From Candidatus Poribacteria bacterium (GTDB lineage Bacteria; Poribacteria; WGA-4E; UBA9662), in contig JAYGDX010000413.1 in the NCBI GenBank assembly GCA_046582655.1, forward strand, positions 32,001 to 96,000: 64,000 bases of DNA. Direction: 5' to 3'. Shown piece by piece: positions 61,134 to 64,000 of the stretch. The position numbers and the translations under genes are program-made. The notes beneath the pieces were generated by a model. The model ran no database searches. It was not told where the DNA came from and saw only the letters and a list, made by a program, of their open reading frames with translations. How positions within the stretch are numbered: position 1 is the first letter of the stretch; each line of letters begins with the position of its first letter.

Positions 61134-62435
61134 TTAACCGTAACTCAACAGCCGAATGTGGCGGCCTAAATGTTCGTTCAAAAGCTGATTGTGCAAATCC
61201 AGATTAGTGCTAAGCGTTTCCAAAATTACCTCTTTGAAAGGCTGATTGTCTGGCATTTTACCGATTGTTAACACAGAACCAAAGGTGACGTGCATAACTT
61301 GACGACCATCATCCAGATTAAGAAACTCCACCTCCCTTTCCTTTTGGTTTAGGGTTACTGGATCATTAACCCGATTAAGATCTGCCGAGATATGGTACGT
61401 CGCCCGGTCTGTATTAAATCTTTCGATAGAGAACTTAATAATTTCCAGAAACGCCTCAGGATTCCTTTTAGCCACCACTCTTAAGGCTTCAAGATAACTT
61501 GTGCCAGCAGTTTTAACATGTAGTAGATTACCACAGACACGACCAATGATTGGGTAGATCCTAAATTTATCTGATCCACTATGGACACTGATTTTGTATG
61601 GCCCGCAATAGCGAGCAATGGCAACATGTTGAGCCAGCGTTAATTCGAATGAGTCGAGGTCACCTTTATAATCAATTGCTTTTTCAAATTGACCAACAAA
61701 TCGCGGTGCTAAGCTGACGCACTGAATCCCCCGACGTTTCAGTTCCATACCGATGAATAGATGCTCAATCGGTGTTGTTGGTGTATCAGTCTCATCAACT
61801 GAAACTTCAATTTCGCAGTCAGCACCTGATGTTGCTTTAGTGATCCACCCCGACATTTTTTCAGCGTATGCAATCGCCCGACCATATTTCACGACTGTCC
61901 GGTACAGTTCTTCCTTATTTTTGAAATCGAGGGTGAGATCATTACTTACTTCAATATTCTTACCTAGATAGAGATCTTCGATCTGACCAATTGACTCGAA
62001 TGCTTGCGATTTAACTACTGCATCTAAAGCCCCTTTCAATCGATTTTGGACTAAATTGGCCGCTGCATTATTGACAAAATCCGAGGGATCGATGGTGAAA
62101 AAAGTGAACCCAGCATTGGCTAAATTAATGACGTCGGTCTCTGTTTTTAAGTGATCGGCATCAGCCCCCCAAGCTCCCTGCCAACCAGAAGCACGGATGG
62201 CTTCTTTCGCAGCGGACATAACTTCTAGTGGCGTGCGGTTGGTTCGATCCATTTCCCGAACTGATTGTTGCGCAAAGATCGGAAGTAGCTGACCAGCTTG
62301 AGTGGCTAAGATATGGCCTGGAGTCGCTAGCCCAAGCCGGTCGCCGAAACCGAACGAGGGATGAAGATCTAAGAGAGAGGGAGTTGGTGAATTTCTTGTC
62401 GTAGGTTCCACACTCCCAATTCTATCATGTATCAA
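61134..62435 (-). CDS. uxaE: Tagaturonate/fructuronate epimerase (UxaE family)
   Basis: 'SFGFGDRLGLATPGH', 'PIFAQQSVREM.RT.R', 'WGADADHLK', 'FTIDPSD', 'EVSVDET', 'SLAPRF.G.FEK..DY.GD', 'SVHSGSDKF', 'HVKTAGTSYLEALR'. Confidence 0.92.
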   Translation of the reverse strand: MIHDRIGSVEPTTRNSPTPSLLDLHPSFGFGDRLGLATPGHILATQAGQLLPIFAQQSVREMDRTNRTPLEVMSAAKEAIRASGWQGAWGADADHLKTETDVINLANAGFTFFTIDPSDFVNNAAANLVQNRLKGALDAVVKSQAFESIGQIEDLYLGKNIEVSNDLTLDFKNKEELYRTVVKYGRAIAYAEKMSGWITKATSGADCEIEVSVDETDTPTTPIEHLFIGMELKRRGIQCVSLAPRFVGQFEKAIDYKGDLDSFELTLAQHVAIARYCGPYKISVHSGSDKFRIYPIIGRVCGNLLHVKTAGTSYLEALRVVAKRNPEAFLEIIKFSIERFNTDRATYHISADLNRVNDPVTLNQKEREVEFLNLDDGRQVMHVTFGSVLTIGKMPDNQPFKEVILETLSTNLDLHNQLLNEHLGRHIRLLSYG

Positions 62436-62533
62436 TCAACAAGGAAAATAAAAAAGCTTTTCTTAGATCTGCCCGCAATTTGTCCATTCAGGTTTATACT
62501 AACCAGTCATTGGAAATTGGATACTAACATACA

Positions 62534-64000
62534 TCAGGACTGATGAAAGTGAAACTGACCGTCCTCAAAGTCAACGTGAAGATCACTTTTATCACTAAAT
62601 TTGTCTTCAAGGAGTTGGATAGCTAAAGGATCTAGAATCTTACGCTGAATAGTGCGCCGAAGCGGTCTAGCGCCATAAATTTCGTCATAGCTTTGTTTAG
62701 CTAGTTCTTCCTTGGCCAATTCTGAAATCTGCAGGTTGATATTTTTATCCGACAGTCTCAGGGCAACTTGATCTAGTTCAAGCTGGACAATTTGCTTTAT
62801 GGATTTTAGGTCGAGCTGATTGAAAACAATCTGATCATCGATTCGATTAAGGAATTCGGGACGGAAATGCTGTTGTAAAGATTCCACAATCCGCCGATGA
62901 ACCTCGTCTGGATCCAAACTCTTATCATTGAACCATTGACTGCCAATATTTGAGGTCATGATGACAACAGTATTTTTGAAATCAACAACTCGCCCCTGAC
63001 CGTCTGTCAAGCGACCGTCATCGAAAAGTTGTAATAGTATATTGAGGACTTCAGGATGTGCTTTCTCAATCTCATCTAAAAGTATAACGGCATACGGTTT
63101 CCGTCGAATTGCTTCGGTCAATTGCCCACCCTCGTCGTAACCCACGTATCCAGGGGGAGCACCGATTAGCTTTGACACGGAGTGTTTCTCCATGTATTCA
63201 CTCATATCAATTCTAATTATGGTGTTTTCATCGTCAAATAGAAAAGCAGCTAAGGTCTTAGCAAGATGTGTTTTCCCAACACCAGTCGGCCCCATAAAGA
63301 TAAGAGAACTGATTGGCCTGTTCTGATCCTGTAAGCCAACACGGGACCTCCGTATCGCGTTAGACACAATAGCAATTGCTTCATCTTGACCGATGACATC
63401 TGCCTGAAGCCGAATTCCCATCTGAACCAGCTTTTGGATTTCACCTTCTAACATTTTAGCAACAGGAATACCTGTCCATTTTGAAACGACTTCAGCCACG
63501 TCATCTTGATCAACCTTTTCTTTCAGGAGTTGTCCTAATCCCTGCATCTTTTCCAAACTTGATTTAGCATTTCCAAGCTGTGATTCCAAACTTGGAAGAT
63601 CTCCGTATAGTATTCGTGACGCTAAGGTGAGATCTCCGGTGCGCCTAGCTTGTTCTTCCCTGATTTTCAACGTTTCGATCTGCTCCATAATCTCGCGGAT
63701 ACCTTGAAGCATCTCTTTTTCGTTGTGCCACTTGGCTTTGAGTTGGTTCCGTCTTTCCCCGAGATCGGATTGTTCGGAAGTGAGTTGGATTAGTCGTTCC
63801 TTTGAAGCCTCATCCTCCTCTTTGTCAAGTGCTTGCCGTTCAATCTCAAGCTGAATGATCTTACGATCAACTTCATCAATTTCTTGCGGCACACTATCAA
63901 TCTCAATTCTTAAACAAGATGCAGCCTCATCAATTAGATCTACTGCTTTGTCTGGCAGGAAACGATCCGAGATATAGCGGTTTGACAACGTCGCGGCTGC
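62534..64000 (-). CDS. clpB: Chaperone ClpB, 5' part outside the window
   Basis: 'RYISDRFLPDKAVDLIDEAAS', long coiled-coil middle domain, 'GPTGVGKT', 'RIDMSEYMEKH', 'GAPPGYVGY.EGG', 'YGARPL'. Confidence 0.95.
   Translation of the reverse strand, partial: AAATLSNRYISDRFLPDKAVDLIDEAASCLRIEIDSVPQEIDEVDRKIIQLEIERQALDKEEDEASKERLIQLTSEQSDLGERRNQLKAKWHNEKEMLQGIREIMEQIETLKIREEQARRTGDLTLASRILYGDLPSLESQLGNAKSSLEKMQGLGQLLKEKVDQDDVAEVVSKWTGIPVAKMLEGEIQKLVQMGIRLQADVIGQDEAIAIVSNAIRRSRVGLQDQNRPISSLIFMGPTGVGKTHLAKTLAAFLFDDENTIIRIDMSEYMEKHSVSKLIGAPPGYVGYDEGGQLTEAIRRKPYAVILLDEIEKAHPEVLNILLQLFDDGRLTDGQGRVVDFKNTVVIMTSNIGSQWFNDKSLDPDEVHRRIVESLQQHFRPEFLNRIDDQIVFNQLDLKSIKQIVQLELDQVALRLSDKNINLQISELAKEELAKQSYDEIYGARPLRRTIQRKILDPLAIQLLEDKFSDKSDLHVDFEDGQFHFHQS

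Noticed and set aside
4109..63444. Many 60-150 aa ORFs overlapping assigned genes (e.g. 4645-5040, 20901-21332, 24668-25087, 56205-56483)
   Set aside because: Antisense or off-frame shadows of well-supported genes, with no motifs of their own.
1..64000. CRISPR array, prophage, transposase, integrase or defence island
   Set aside because: No spaced direct repeats, terminal repeats or such protein motifs were seen.

Overview
A gene-dense bacterial chromosome segment (roughly 40% GC by eye, standard code 11), mostly housekeeping and sugar catabolism, with no phage, transposase, integrase or CRISPR array. Three PhyH-family dioxygenases, HEAT-repeat lipoproteins and a secreted IPT/dockerin protein ending in 'LLPNYPNPFNPETWIPYQ' point to Candidatus Poribacteria (inference). 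Recognisable genes: fused glyQS, recO, tRNA-Pro(CGG), Hsp20, mmsA, nadC, nadB, hemL/hemA/hemC, polyprenyl synthase, purB, recD2, thrC, a GldA/F/G-like ABC system, uxaE and partial clpB. Best leads: (1) an operon joining a plant-like L-galactose dehydrogenase, an L-galactonate dehydrogenase and UxaE, suggesting an L-galactose to D-fructuronate route; (2) an internally duplicated SirC/Met8p-like protein with a CC-x7-C-x3-C tail; (3) a ~1280-aa lipid-anchored HEAT solenoid behind glyQS, plus a second HEAT lipoprotein; (4) an M48 homologue with HExxH replaced by QQMGH; (5) a sodium:solute symporter with extra N- and C-terminal modules; (6) a sigma-54 promoter with paired upstream palindromes before Hsp20; (7) three single-lesion broken genes. 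None can be shown to be a new system from sequence alone, and all family calls rest on motif recognition, not database searches.
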